Shown here: positions 1 through 9,122 of the stretch, piece after piece
Position numbering within the stretch: position 1 is the stretch's first letter
Layout of the letters: every line of letters begins with the position of its first letter
IMG/VR virus record: IMGVR_UViG_3300031414_000007
Location: 32,001-96,000 of that record
Reading direction: 5' to 3' (one strand)
DNA: 64,000 nucleotides
Origin: a virus
Lineage: Duplodnaviria > Caudoviricetes
Position numbers and translations under genes: made by a program
The notes under the pieces: generated by a model
The model's database searches: none
The model's input: the letters and a program-made list of their open reading frames with translations, nothing else
What the model was told of the DNA's origin: nothing

Positions 1-2
1 CA

Positions 3-188
3 ACACTCGGTAGTGTTCGTCTGGCAATGCTGATGAACATTCTGGGCTTTGATGATGCTACTCTTAGTGGCGTCTTGAACGACCCTATCCTGACACGCCG
101 CGCGAGCCTTGTTGCTGTGACTGGCTTGAATGAGATGGGTCAGAAAATCCAACAACTGTACGACGAGAAAAACAATGAGCCAACCTAA
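3..188 (+). CDS. 3' end of a hypothetical protein (5'-truncated by window)
   Basis: Open frame from base 3 (TLGSVRLAMLMNILG...EKNNEPT) ending TAA at 186-188, overlapping the next start. Confidence 0.6.
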   Translation, partial: TLGSVRLAMLMNILGFDDATLSGVLNDPILTRRASLVAVTGLNEMGQKIQQLYDEKNNEPT

Positions 189-318
189 CGTAGCAACTCA
201 ATCAGAAGAAATGGATCTGGACGCAATCCCTGGTCTGGACCCAGATGCAGTAGCACCGAACGGTGTTGATGCAGCAGCATCTGATGAAGGTTGTGAAGGC
301 GGCGCCTGCAAAATCTAA
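175..318 (+). CDS. 47-aa acidic peptide ending in an NrdA-like redox tail (DEGCEGGACKI)
   Basis: ATG at 175 after GAG; C-terminus nearly identical to E. coli NrdA tail DDGCESGACKI. Confidence 0.7.
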   Translation: MSQPNVATQSEEMDLDAIPGLDPDAVAPNGVDAAASDEGCEGGACKI

Positions 319-347
319 TTCATGGGGCCTAGTGCCCCATTTTTCGT

Positions 348-890
348 TTGAGGATAAAAACGATGCAAACAGCCTATCGCTGCAAACACTGCAAGTATGT
401 CCACATCGGCAAAGTGTCCAGCTGTGATTGTCAGGGCAGTAAGAAATTCGAATACACGTTGGTGCAAATCATCGACGTGCCTGAGAACGAAGACCAAGTG
501 CCTCCGTTCAAAGATCTCAAACACTCTCGCGCTCAACGCTACGTGAACGTTAAAGACGGCACGTACGGTAATGGCATCTATGAACTACGTGAGAAGCGCG
601 AAGGCCAACGTTACTGGTGGACGCATCTCGGTACTATGCAGAGCGGGTTCGATAGCACTGATATGTCTTACCAGTTCTGCGAAGATAATTGTAAGGCGAA
701 CGTTCTGCTGGCAGCGGCTGGCCCTGTTATGCTCGAAGCACTGTACATGACCTATCAGTATTTCCACCGCAAGCGTCTGGTGCAGGGATCTACGCCTCAG
801 ACAGATATGCGCATCTCGATCATCGCTGATGCTATTCGTCAAGGCACTGACTTGTCTGTGTTCGACACCCTTCAAATACCTAAGGAATGA
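348..890 (+). CDS. hypothetical protein with N-terminal CxxC...CxC zinc-ribbon-like motif
   Basis: 180-aa ORF, CKHC/CDC, GAGGA RBS nearby. Confidence 0.7.
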   Translation: MRIKTMQTAYRCKHCKYVHIGKVSSCDCQGSKKFEYTLVQIIDVPENEDQVPPFKDLKHSRAQRYVNVKDGTYGNGIYELREKREGQRYWWTHLGTMQSGFDSTDMSYQFCEDNCKANVLLAAAGPVMLEALYMTYQYFHRKRLVQGSTPQTDMRISIIADAIRQGTDLSVFDTLQIPKE

Positions 891-1528
891 CCATGTTGAT
901 TGATATGTTGAAAGCAATTCCTGCGATCATACTCTGCTACATAGTGTGGCGCTATTTTCTAAACAAACGTGACCACGATCGTCATCTGGTCAAAGCGCAA
1001 GAGCACTACAATTGCGGGCGTCTTGACAGCGGTAATGTCTGGATTCATTTGAAGTCCGGCCGGCCTTACACCGTGCTTTGTCTTACCAACACGGGTACGT
1101 CTAAGGCGGGCTGGGAAATCAACGTCATCTACACGAATGACTTCAAGCAGATCTATAGCAGACCGTTCAGTGAGTTCTGTCACAAGTTCACGCACGTTAG
1201 TCGCGGCAAAAATGAAGAACACTTCACTACAACGCTCATGGGTTTGCAAATGAAAGCCAACACTCGCATCCTTATCCCTCGTGAAGGTGAGATTTGGTTT
1301 GAGGGTACGGTTCATGCAACACCACCAGAACTGGTGAAGCAGGGTCATGCACCTCAAGTCGTGTCTCAACGTCGTGCGCACATTGATATGGTGCTGGCTC
1401 TAGGTGAGGCGCATCCAGTCGTCGTATTTACTGTAAATGAAAAGCAGACAGCAATGTTGCTTTCGCAATTCATTTTCATCTATCGCAAAGAGGTGTCCTT
1501 CGATGGAACAACCAGCTCTTGTGTTTAA
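887..1528 (+). CDS. membrane-anchored DUF1653-like protein
   Basis: N-terminal TM segment, then WIHLKSGRPYTVL...VIYTND...IYSRPFSEF motif typical of DUF1653. Confidence 0.6.
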   Translation: MTMLIDMLKAIPAIILCYIVWRYFLNKRDHDRHLVKAQEHYNCGRLDSGNVWIHLKSGRPYTVLCLTNTGTSKAGWEINVIYTNDFKQIYSRPFSEFCHKFTHVSRGKNEEHFTTTLMGLQMKANTRILIPREGEIWFEGTVHATPPELVKQGHAPQVVSQRRAHIDMVLALGEAHPVVVFTVNEKQTAMLLSQFIFIYRKEVSFDGTTSSCV

Positions 1529-1850
1529 ATACGTGATGTTCGTCCGTACGCGCACCAAAGAGCGTGACGACGGCGTTTACTTGCCTGTGATATTCCCGAC
1601 GCATATCATGCACTCTGATATGTCAGACGAAATGCGCGGCTACGGTATGTCCAACGGTTTTCGAGAGAATCGCTATCACCAGCGTATCGATCCAATCTCG
1701 GCAGGCTTTATCAATCTGCGAACACTTCAATGCTTCGGTGAGTCTGAATCTCTGGAGCTGAAATCTCGCCCAGAAGACAGCACCATCATCGCAGAGTACA
1801 TGAAGACTCAAGGTAAAGGTGCAGAAGCTCCACCAGAGGATGACGCATGA
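1503..1850 (+). CDS. conserved phage hypothetical protein
   Basis: GAGGTG RBS before ATG 1503; PISAGF...CFGESESLELKSRPEDS motif. Confidence 0.65.
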   Translation: MEQPALVFKYVMFVRTRTKERDDGVYLPVIFPTHIMHSDMSDEMRGYGMSNGFRENRYHQRIDPISAGFINLRTLQCFGESESLELKSRPEDSTIIAEYMKTQGKGAEAPPEDDA

Positions 1851-2338
1851 TGGACCTCCAGCAGAAGTCGAGAGACATTAGGCGCAGCAAGCGTCGAGCT
1901 GTGATCAGCAAACAGCATGAGTTCCGTAATGCCTGCAATGAAATGCAGCCGCGTATTGAGCAGGACCTGATTGATATTCTTGCGGAGTTTGCTCAGGCCG
2001 GCTCCGATAAAGATATGCTGATATTTAGACGCCCTGCCTACCGCATAGGCAAGCACAAGTTCCAGCTACAAGTTACTGTCAGACTCTTTGACACGCGCAA
2101 CACGCAGTTCAACGTCGAGCTTGTATCTAAAGGCTTTACGACTCTGCTGGAGAAAAACGTTCGTCGCCGCATTTGGTTCCTGCCAGACACCGTTCTCGTC
2201 GAGCACAACATCTATCTCAGGGATATGATGTATCGTGCGCAACAGGCGGTGTTCACAGGTAAAGAGTGGGAATTAGAGTATGATCCAAACATAAGTATAG
2301 ACGATTCCGTATTCACTCACATCTATCTCGTGGAGTAG
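1847..2338 (+). CDS. hypothetical protein
   Basis: ORF with ATGA overlap and GAGGA RBS. Confidence 0.7.
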   Translation: MMDLQQKSRDIRRSKRRAVISKQHEFRNACNEMQPRIEQDLIDILAEFAQAGSDKDMLIFRRPAYRIGKHKFQLQVTVRLFDTRNTQFNVELVSKGFTTLLEKNVRRRIWFLPDTVLVEHNIYLRDMMYRAQQAVFTGKEWELEYDPNISIDDSVFTHIYLVE

Positions 2339-2340
2339 TA

Positions 2341-2682
2341 ATGGACATTCTGAGATCAATCTGGGCAAGCCCTTTCTGGGACAGTCCTGCGTCTGCATTT
2401 GTGCCTACGACGCTTATCATTGCATTCTTTATCTATACTGAATGGCGTGAGCGTCGTACTCTGCGTCTGTCTCGTAAGGCATTCGCAGACGGCTGGGATC
2501 CGAAGAAGAATACACTCTTCCGTCACAAGTGGTTTCCATTCATGACGTGTCGTGTGGACTTTTATTCGAATAGCCCGAATGATAAGTTCACGCCGTCAGT
2601 GTTTGTGCAAAGGAATGGTGGGCGTTATGTAGAGATGCCTGCCTATGTGTTACGTTACCGCTATAATGAGATTAAACAATGA
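2341..2682 (+). CDS. hypothetical membrane protein
   Basis: GGAG RBS; one hydrophobic segment. Confidence 0.7.
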   Translation: MDILRSIWASPFWDSPASAFVPTTLIIAFFIYTEWRERRTLRLSRKAFADGWDPKKNTLFRHKWFPFMTCRVDFYSNSPNDKFTPSVFVQRNGGRYVEMPAYVLRYRYNEIKQ

Positions 2683-3020
2683 CACCAGCAATCCGCTTTA
2701 ACGAGCAGACCTGTGAACTGCTGAAAAAGATCTTCGGCAACAACAAGCCCTTCTTTGTTGTGCGCCGCGACACAATCATCGAAAACGATAAGCAGTTCGG
2801 TGAGCGTGTGTATCTGGCCAATGGCACGCATGTCATTACCGTGCCTAACGTACAGGGCCTCGATCTCGGAGATAAGCTCTATCTCGCAGAAGACAATGAG
2901 GTGTACGAGTGGCATCCTCATTTCGACCGCCCCAAATACGAAGCAAGCAACAATCAAAAGGAAGCTCTCGCTTTTGGTCTTCATCCTATCGTCCATCATA
3001 AAGACAGCCGGAACTCTTAA
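2679..3020 (+). CDS. hypothetical protein
   Basis: Translationally coupled ORF. Confidence 0.65.
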   Translation: MTPAIRFNEQTCELLKKIFGNNKPFFVVRRDTIIENDKQFGERVYLANGTHVITVPNVQGLDLGDKLYLAEDNEVYEWHPHFDRPKYEASNNQKEALAFGLHPIVHHKDSRNS

Positions 3021-4123
3021 TGAACAATCAACCTCTCGATCTGCGCGATCCCAATCAGTACGAACTGTATTCTCTGCATTGCGTGGATGAACAGTACATC
3101 AATCTCGGCAATGCAATTCTGATGCACGGTACTGACGAAACAGATCCCGGTCGTACCGAAGACACGTGGCGCACTCTGATCGGTATTGGCTTTCAATTGA
3201 CCAACACGCTGATCGCTTTCCCTGCGTTGCTATCTGCGCGTAAGAACTGGTTCGCAGCCGTTGATGAAATGTGCTGGATGGCTCGCGGTGAAACAAATAT
3301 CGGCAGTCTCAATTCCAAAATCTGGAACGAGTGGGCGGACGAAGATGGCGAGTGCGGTCCTATCTACGGTCTGATGTGGCGCATGTGGCCTGATATCAAA
3401 ACCTTCCCGACTATTGAGTCGATGAAGGAGCGTCAGATTAGCGATGCTGAAATCGAGCGTATCTCCAAAGAGATCAATCGCATGAAGGCCGCTGGTTACA
3501 CTGAAACGGAAATGGCTGACGGCCGTGTGTGCTACGAAGGTACAATCGATCAGTTTGCTGATGCTCTGCGTCAGGTAATGAATCGCAGTCGCTCACGTCG
3601 CATCCGTGTTCAGGCATACAATCCAGCGTATCTCAACATGCAGGGTCTGCCGCCGTGCCACACTGAGTTTGAGTTCAATGTGACTAAGCCTACGCTGTAT
3701 GAAACGGCTCAGATGGAAGCACGTCAGATGGCGCCTGCCGAAGACTCGCTGCACATCACGGTGACCATGCGTTCCAACGACACGCTTCTGGGCAGACCGT
3801 TCAACATCATCGGCTACAGCGCCATGCACCAAATGATCGCGAAGTGGGCAGGCATGAACGTCGGCAGCTTTACGCTGAATACTACCAACACGCATCTGTA
3901 CACTCACCACTTCGAAGCGTTCAAAAAGCAAAGTGAGCAGTGGGCAGTTCTCGCAGACAACATGAAACGCACTGGCGAACCTGTTGTCTATCCTATGCTG
4001 GAAATCAGCGACGACATTCTTGGCCTGACGCCGGAAGAGTTGCTTGATAACGCCAATGCTGAATGGTTCCAGCTTCTCGATTATGCACCAGCACAGGCAG
4101 TCAAAGGACGGGTCACCAAGTGA
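3020..4123 (+). CDS. thyA: thymidylate synthase (ThyA family)
   Basis: IWNEWADEDG-GPIYG-WR, catalytic PPCH, RSND-LLG-PFN, THLY motifs. Confidence 0.9.
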   Translation: MNNQPLDLRDPNQYELYSLHCVDEQYINLGNAILMHGTDETDPGRTEDTWRTLIGIGFQLTNTLIAFPALLSARKNWFAAVDEMCWMARGETNIGSLNSKIWNEWADEDGECGPIYGLMWRMWPDIKTFPTIESMKERQISDAEIERISKEINRMKAAGYTETEMADGRVCYEGTIDQFADALRQVMNRSRSRRIRVQAYNPAYLNMQGLPPCHTEFEFNVTKPTLYETAQMEARQMAPAEDSLHITVTMRSNDTLLGRPFNIIGYSAMHQMIAKWAGMNVGSFTLNTTNTHLYTHHFEAFKKQSEQWAVLADNMKRTGEPVVYPMLEISDDILGLTPEELLDNANAEWFQLLDYAPAQAVKGRVTK

Positions 4124-4773
4124 ACAACAACATTCTTCTGATCAAGCACGTTTCTTCTTACCTGTATGTCGGCTATTGCGAAAATGCAAGTGACATTCCT
4201 CGTCGCGGTATTGAGCTGCTGGACATTGTTGTGCCGAGCCCTGTAAGTGGTGACTCAGACAACATTCTCGATATGAAAGCGCGTTGCATCTATCATTTGC
4301 CACACAACTGTTTCCTGCTGCAACATGTAGATGGTGAGTTCGAGGGCAACGAATACCCGGCGTGGACGAAAAAGCATTGTCGGGATAACATGGAAATCTT
4401 CCAGCGTTCGTCTCATGGCCGTGAGCAGGCAGCGATTGAACTCATGCTGAATGAACTGCGTGATGCGGAAGTTGAGCATCCGGAATGGCCAGAAGAAGCA
4501 ATTCATGCAGGCTCCATTCTCGTAGAAGAAGCGGGTGAGTTACTGCGTGATTGTGTGTCGTTCGATGAAACTGGTGACGACAAGCTGATCGTTAATATGC
4601 AGATCGAAGCAGTGCAGACAGGTGCAATGGCGTTGCGCTTCCTGAAGAACCTGGCCACGTCGCAGAAGCGTACTATCCCGCATAATGCTCTGCGTACTAT
4701 CTTAAACTCAACGATGACGCCAGAAGAACAACTGGCGGAGATGCGTCGTCTTATCGATCACGGAGTACGCTAA
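4120..4773 (+). CDS. protein with C-terminal MazG-like NTP pyrophosphohydrolase domain
   Basis: GTG start overlapping thyA stop; EEAGEL...EAVQTGAMALRFL motif. Confidence 0.6.
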   Translation: MNNNILLIKHVSSYLYVGYCENASDIPRRGIELLDIVVPSPVSGDSDNILDMKARCIYHLPHNCFLLQHVDGEFEGNEYPAWTKKHCRDNMEIFQRSSHGREQAAIELMLNELRDAEVEHPEWPEEAIHAGSILVEEAGELLRDCVSFDETGDDKLIVNMQIEAVQTGAMALRFLKNLATSQKRTIPHNALRTILNSTMTPEEQLAEMRRLIDHGVR

Positions 4774-5705
4774 TGCGTTTACTAAAGTATATCCCAAGTG
4801 CAGGCATCTCACACACGCCACCAGCCGGCGGTGAATATGTGCGTGATATGGTAATCGACTTTGGTGATCATCCGAAGCCTGACGTAGGTCATCATGACGA
4901 ACTCTGTTTGTTTGATTTGCGTCTGACTGATGTAGATGTGTATCACGAACAGGACAGCGTTCACATTTGTCTGCCGGACATGAGCCACATCTACGCCAAC
5001 TTCGATATGGCTATCTGCCAAACGCGCGAGTATCAGTTCTGGATGGGCGACAACGCACCTGCACCCTCCGCGGACGCTATTGTTCACGCGCACATCGTTA
5101 AAGGGCATCTGCCTAATCTGCACAAAGACTTCGACACATTCGTCGAATGGCTGTTTGATCGTATGCGTGAGATTCCTCGTCTTAACATCGATCACATGGT
5201 GCTGAAAGGCAAAGGTCAAATGTACGATGCGAACACTAAAAACTCGTATGACCTTTGGGGCATGTTCCGCTACTGGTTAATGCTGGGGCGTAACCTGACT
5301 ATCGGGTACTCGCTCGACAATCAGATAACGTTCAACGATACACACATCTCGGAGAAAGGTGTGCGCTGGTGGCTGATCGAGCACAACAAACAACTGATGG
5401 AAGTCGCGCGTGAGAACGATCTGCTGGCTGCATTCATCACGTTTGGCTCCGATAGCCCTGGCTCTGAGGACGAGTATGCGTATACGTTCGTTGGCAAAGA
5501 CGGCAACTTCATGCGCAGCCACGTAGACGTTAGCGAGTTCATGCACCTCGCTGTTCACGGCCACTTCCCTGAACTGGTCTGCGATTCGAGCGGCAAGAAC
5601 TTCAACGTGACGTTTAACTTCGCGCAGTATTTCCCGGAAGAATACCACGCGTACCAAAACTATCGCGGCGGTGATTATCATCGCGCTCTGTCTCGCTTCG
5701 TCTGA
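4773..5705 (+). CDS. hypothetical protein
   Basis: 310-aa ORF, TAATG coupling. Confidence 0.75.
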   Translation: MRLLKYIPSAGISHTPPAGGEYVRDMVIDFGDHPKPDVGHHDELCLFDLRLTDVDVYHEQDSVHICLPDMSHIYANFDMAICQTREYQFWMGDNAPAPSADAIVHAHIVKGHLPNLHKDFDTFVEWLFDRMREIPRLNIDHMVLKGKGQMYDANTKNSYDLWGMFRYWLMLGRNLTIGYSLDNQITFNDTHISEKGVRWWLIEHNKQLMEVARENDLLAAFITFGSDSPGSEDEYAYTFVGKDGNFMRSHVDVSEFMHLAVHGHFPELVCDSSGKNFNVTFNFAQYFPEEYHAYQNYRGGDYHRALSRFV

Positions 5706-5755
5706 CGGGCTTCGGCCTCCTGTCAGTAATTTGATTGTCTAACAGGAGAGCCGAC

Positions 5756-6091
5756 ATGAACTACGATCCAAAGAAAGATTTCCACCCGTTTCAATATCTG
5801 GGCGCACCTAAAGTCCCGCACACAGGCTTCTTAGGCAATACAGTGAACTTGGTTGAGAACGACGTAAACATCGGCAGCGATGAATGCACGTTCGAGTTCA
5901 CTGTAGCTCAGATGAACGCGATGGACAGAGGTACTGTTACGTTCAGGGCGAAAGACTCTGGCGGTGGTATCGACATTAAGAAATGCTCAGTCTCAGGTTT
6001 GAAAATGGTAATTAAGCTGGACAGAAGGGTGATCGAGTTCGGCAAAGTTCAAGTCGAATGGCAGACCACTCCTCGCCACTACTATTACTGA
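5756..6091 (+). CDS. hypothetical protein, possibly late/virion
   Basis: AGGAG RBS; preceded by UUCG hairpin and TAATTT motif. Confidence 0.7.
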   Translation: MNYDPKKDFHPFQYLGAPKVPHTGFLGNTVNLVENDVNIGSDECTFEFTVAQMNAMDRGTVTFRAKDSGGGIDIKKCSVSGLKMVIKLDRRVIEFGKVQVEWQTTPRHYYY

Positions 6092-6134
6092 ATCTGTAAA
6101 GACAGAGAAAGAGCAACCGATAAGAGATACGACA

Positions 6135-6845
6135 ATGGCAAAAACTGCTATCAAAACAAAGGACGGAAAGAAGAAAAAGAATGATGGGCTAAAGTTTGAG
6201 TTGAATAAACTCAGCTCCGTCAATCAATTAAAAGGCGCAGCGTATAACCCGCGTTTCATTTCAGACAGTCGCCTGAAAGCACTCGAAGGTTCTTTGGGTA
6301 GCTTCGGCGACTTGTCTGGTATCGTGTTCAACAACAACATCAAATCTGGTGTGTTGATCTCAGGCCACCAGCGCTTGAAGTCAATCGAAGGCTGGAAGAC
6401 TCGTATCGAGGTCCAGAAGTCTGTTGATAAGCACGGCACTATCGGCCTGGGTTATATTCACGCAACGCATCCGAAGAAGTCTGATAAGGTGATCAGCATT
6501 CCTCTGCGTATCGTGAACTGGACCGATAAGAAAGCAGAGTACGCTGCAAACATCGCGGCGAACGCCCACGGCGGTGAGTTCGATAACAAGAAACTCGCCA
6601 AGCTGGTTGAGCAACTCGACCTCAACACAATCAAGCCGCAGTTGCTTGGCCTTGACCCGTTAGAGATTCGCGGTCTGCAAGCCAAGCTGAAAGTTCAGGC
6701 TGTTGTTCAGGACGAGAAACGTGCGGGCAAGACAACTGGCCAGATGAACGGCAGTACCGGTAAGTTCAATGAGTACAACCCTGATGATGTGGGTGAAGCT
6801 CTGAACTGCACCTGCCCGCGTTGTGGATTCAAGTTCGAGGGATAA
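6135..6845 (+). CDS. ParB/Srx-like N-terminal domain protein with C-terminal zinc ribbon
   Basis: YNPR...SL-FG-L-GIVFN...LISGHQRL motif; C-terminal CPRCGFKF. Confidence 0.8.
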   Translation: MAKTAIKTKDGKKKKNDGLKFELNKLSSVNQLKGAAYNPRFISDSRLKALEGSLGSFGDLSGIVFNNNIKSGVLISGHQRLKSIEGWKTRIEVQKSVDKHGTIGLGYIHATHPKKSDKVISIPLRIVNWTDKKAEYAANIAANAHGGEFDNKKLAKLVEQLDLNTIKPQLLGLDPLEIRGLQAKLKVQAVVQDEKRAGKTTGQMNGSTGKFNEYNPDDVGEALNCTCPRCGFKFEG

Positions 6846-6846
6846 T

Positions 6847-8976
6847 ATGATCATCAAGCCGCCTACGATGAAGGAAATCAACAAGCTGGATAAACCCTGG
6901 CGTGGTATGAGTTTCTTCGCAGGTTGCGGTGGGTCTTCGACCGGTCACAAGATGGCCGGTATCGACATTGTGTTGAGCAACGAGTTTGTTGACTCAGCAC
7001 GAGAGTCCTACGAAGCGAACCATCCGACAACTAAAGTGCTGCCTCATGACATTCGCCGCTTAGACCCAGGCAAGCTGTTGCGCTTCGCTGGTCTAAACAA
7101 AGGCGAACTGGATTTACTTGACGGTAGTCCTCCTTGCTTTACCGAAGACACGATCATTCATACAGCAGACGGCATGAAGTTCATTTCGGACATGAACGTC
7201 GGCGATAGAGCAATGACCAGTGTCGGGCAGTATCATCCCGTGTACGACACGATGGTGCGACCTTACGTCGGCACGATGCACAAAATCGAAACACTGATCA
7301 GTAGCAACAAAGCAACGCCTGAGCACCCGTTCTTTATCAGACGTCCACTTGCTGCGGGCGGTTACTCTGAACCATTCTGGTGTGATGCTAAAGACGTGCA
7401 GGAAGGCGATCTGCTCGGTACACCTCGTGTTACGCCTGACCAGACTGCTGATGTGTACCACAATCAGATGAATCAATTGCCGAAGATGATTCGTCAGTGG
7501 GTAAGCATTCCTGAGTTCTGGTGGATGGTAGGTCACTGGTGTGATCGTGGTTCAATCGAAACTATCGGTGGCATTGAAGCAGTTAGCTTCGAATCGCATA
7601 CCAGTATTGAAAACGCGATGATTGAGCAGGCGTTTGACGCGCTTAAACTCAGTAGCCTGAATCGCATCGAAACAATGACAGCGCAACGTAAAACGTTCCG
7701 TACTGTGATTGATGTTGAGCTGGTGCAGTTTCTGCGTCGCTTTATCAGTCACGGCAACAACACGTTCTCTCGTCGTCTGCCTGCCATGTTGTTCCACATC
7801 AACGCGGAACTGAAACAGCAATTCATTCTGGGCTGTGCTGGCATGGATTATGTGACTGCTATGGGCACAGGCATTGCTATCACTTCTGCAAGCAAGCGCT
7901 TCCTGCTTGAACTGAATTACCTGTGCTGCTCTGCATTCAATCGTCCTCTGTTCGACGGACTGACTTGGGGCGACCTGTATTTCGGTAGTTCGTTAACGCC
8001 CCGCGAACGAAACAGTGCGCGTGAGCACATTGGCTACCTGTTCCTGCAGGACGAGCACAACTTCTTCCACGAGTTTAGCAAAGAAGACCCGCATCTCTGG
8101 ACAGAAGTGATTGAGAACCTCGCGTATCAAGCAACCTGTGACGTCTATAACTTCTCTGTTGAAGTGGACGAAACGTATGTGGCGAACGGTGTTGTTGTTC
8201 ACAACTGCAAAGGCTTCTCTACTGCTGGCGTGAAAGAAGAAGGCTGGGGCAAAGAAGTTAAGTACAGCGATAACAAGTATCAGCAGGTTGATGACCTGTT
8301 CGATCAGTACTGCCGTATGCTGAAAGGCATGATGCCGAAAGTGTTCACTGCGGAAAACGTTAGTGGTCTTGTTAAGGGTGCCTCGAAAGGCTACTTCCTT
8401 GAGATCATGCGAACGTTTGACGAGATTGGTTATTACGTTCGAGCGCCGCTGCTTAATGCTGCGTGGCTTGGTGTGCCTCAGTCCCGTGAACGTATCATCT
8501 TTATGGGTGTACGCAAAGACGTAGCACACGCTCTCGGTTATAAGAGCAATCAGGCTGCTGTGCCTGACGTAGTGCCCTGCGATACGATGGCCTTCCTTGC
8601 AGACGCACTGCCTCACATTCAGCGATATAAGTCCACGAAGAAGGATATCATCACGTATCTTCCTGCGATGAACGGACCGATGCCGACAATCACTGCGGCT
8701 GATGCTATCGCGTATGAGACAGCCCGTTTCTCGTCTGCTGGGTTCGTTGAAGACAACAAAGGTCATCGTCGTAAGTTGACCATCGACGAACTAAAAGTTG
8801 TTTCTGGCCTGCCGTCAGACTATAAGCTGAAAGGTAAGTTTGAAGAACAGTGGGAGCGACTCGGTCGTATCTGTGTTCCGGCAATGACACAGGCTGCGTC
8901 GAAAGCTCTTATCGAACACGTCCTGCTGCCTTATGCTAAGAAGCGTAAGAAGAAGCCTGGCGAAATCTTTAAGTAA
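6847..8976 (+). CDS. DNA (cytosine-5)-methyltransferase, intein-containing
   Basis: Motif I FFAGCGG, motif IV DGSPP-C split by intein, motif VI ENV, motif VIII QSRERI, motif X ERLGRICV. Confidence 0.92.
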   Translation: MIIKPPTMKEINKLDKPWRGMSFFAGCGGSSTGHKMAGIDIVLSNEFVDSARESYEANHPTTKVLPHDIRRLDPGKLLRFAGLNKGELDLLDGSPPCFTEDTIIHTADGMKFISDMNVGDRAMTSVGQYHPVYDTMVRPYVGTMHKIETLISSNKATPEHPFFIRRPLAAGGYSEPFWCDAKDVQEGDLLGTPRVTPDQTADVYHNQMNQLPKMIRQWVSIPEFWWMVGHWCDRGSIETIGGIEAVSFESHTSIENAMIEQAFDALKLSSLNRIETMTAQRKTFRTVIDVELVQFLRRFISHGNNTFSRRLPAMLFHINAELKQQFILGCAGMDYVTAMGTGIAITSASKRFLLELNYLCCSAFNRPLFDGLTWGDLYFGSSLTPRERNSAREHIGYLFLQDEHNFFHEFSKEDPHLWTEVIENLAYQATCDVYNFSVEVDETYVANGVVVHNCKGFSTAGVKEEGWGKEVKYSDNKYQQVDDLFDQYCRMLKGMMPKVFTAENVSGLVKGASKGYFLEIMRTFDEIGYYVRAPLLNAAWLGVPQSRERIIFMGVRKDVAHALGYKSNQAAVPDVVPCDTMAFLADALPHIQRYKSTKKDIITYLPAMNGPMPTITAADAIAYETARFSSAGFVEDNKGHRRKLTIDELKVVSGLPSDYKLKGKFEEQWERLGRICVPAMTQAASKALIEHVLLPYAKKRKKKPGEIFK
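7135..8205 (+). mobile_element. intein (357 aa) with degenerate LAGLIDADG homing endonuclease
   Basis: Starts CFTEDT, block B ATPEHP, block F VYNFSVEVDETY, ends VVHN followed by +1 Cys; internal degenerate LAGLIDADG-like blocks. Confidence 0.9.
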
Positions 8977-8984
8977 GGGCGTCT

Positions 8985-9089
8985 ATGTTCTACGTAGTAT
9001 TGGGTTTTGGTATCGTGATTGGGATCATCCTCACGCTATTCTGTCTGTGGTTTTTCTTCCTGAAGGACTTCGCGGTATTCAAGTCGTGA
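8985..9089 (+). CDS. 34-aa single-pass membrane peptide (below ORF-track cutoff)
   Basis: AAGGG RBS; MFYVVLGFGIVIGIILTLFCLWFFFLKDFAVFKS. Confidence 0.6.
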   Translation: MFYVVLGFGIVIGIILTLFCLWFFFLKDFAVFKS

Positions 9090-9122
9090 TCAATTAGGAC
9101 AAGGACGTCCGGGAGAATTGAA

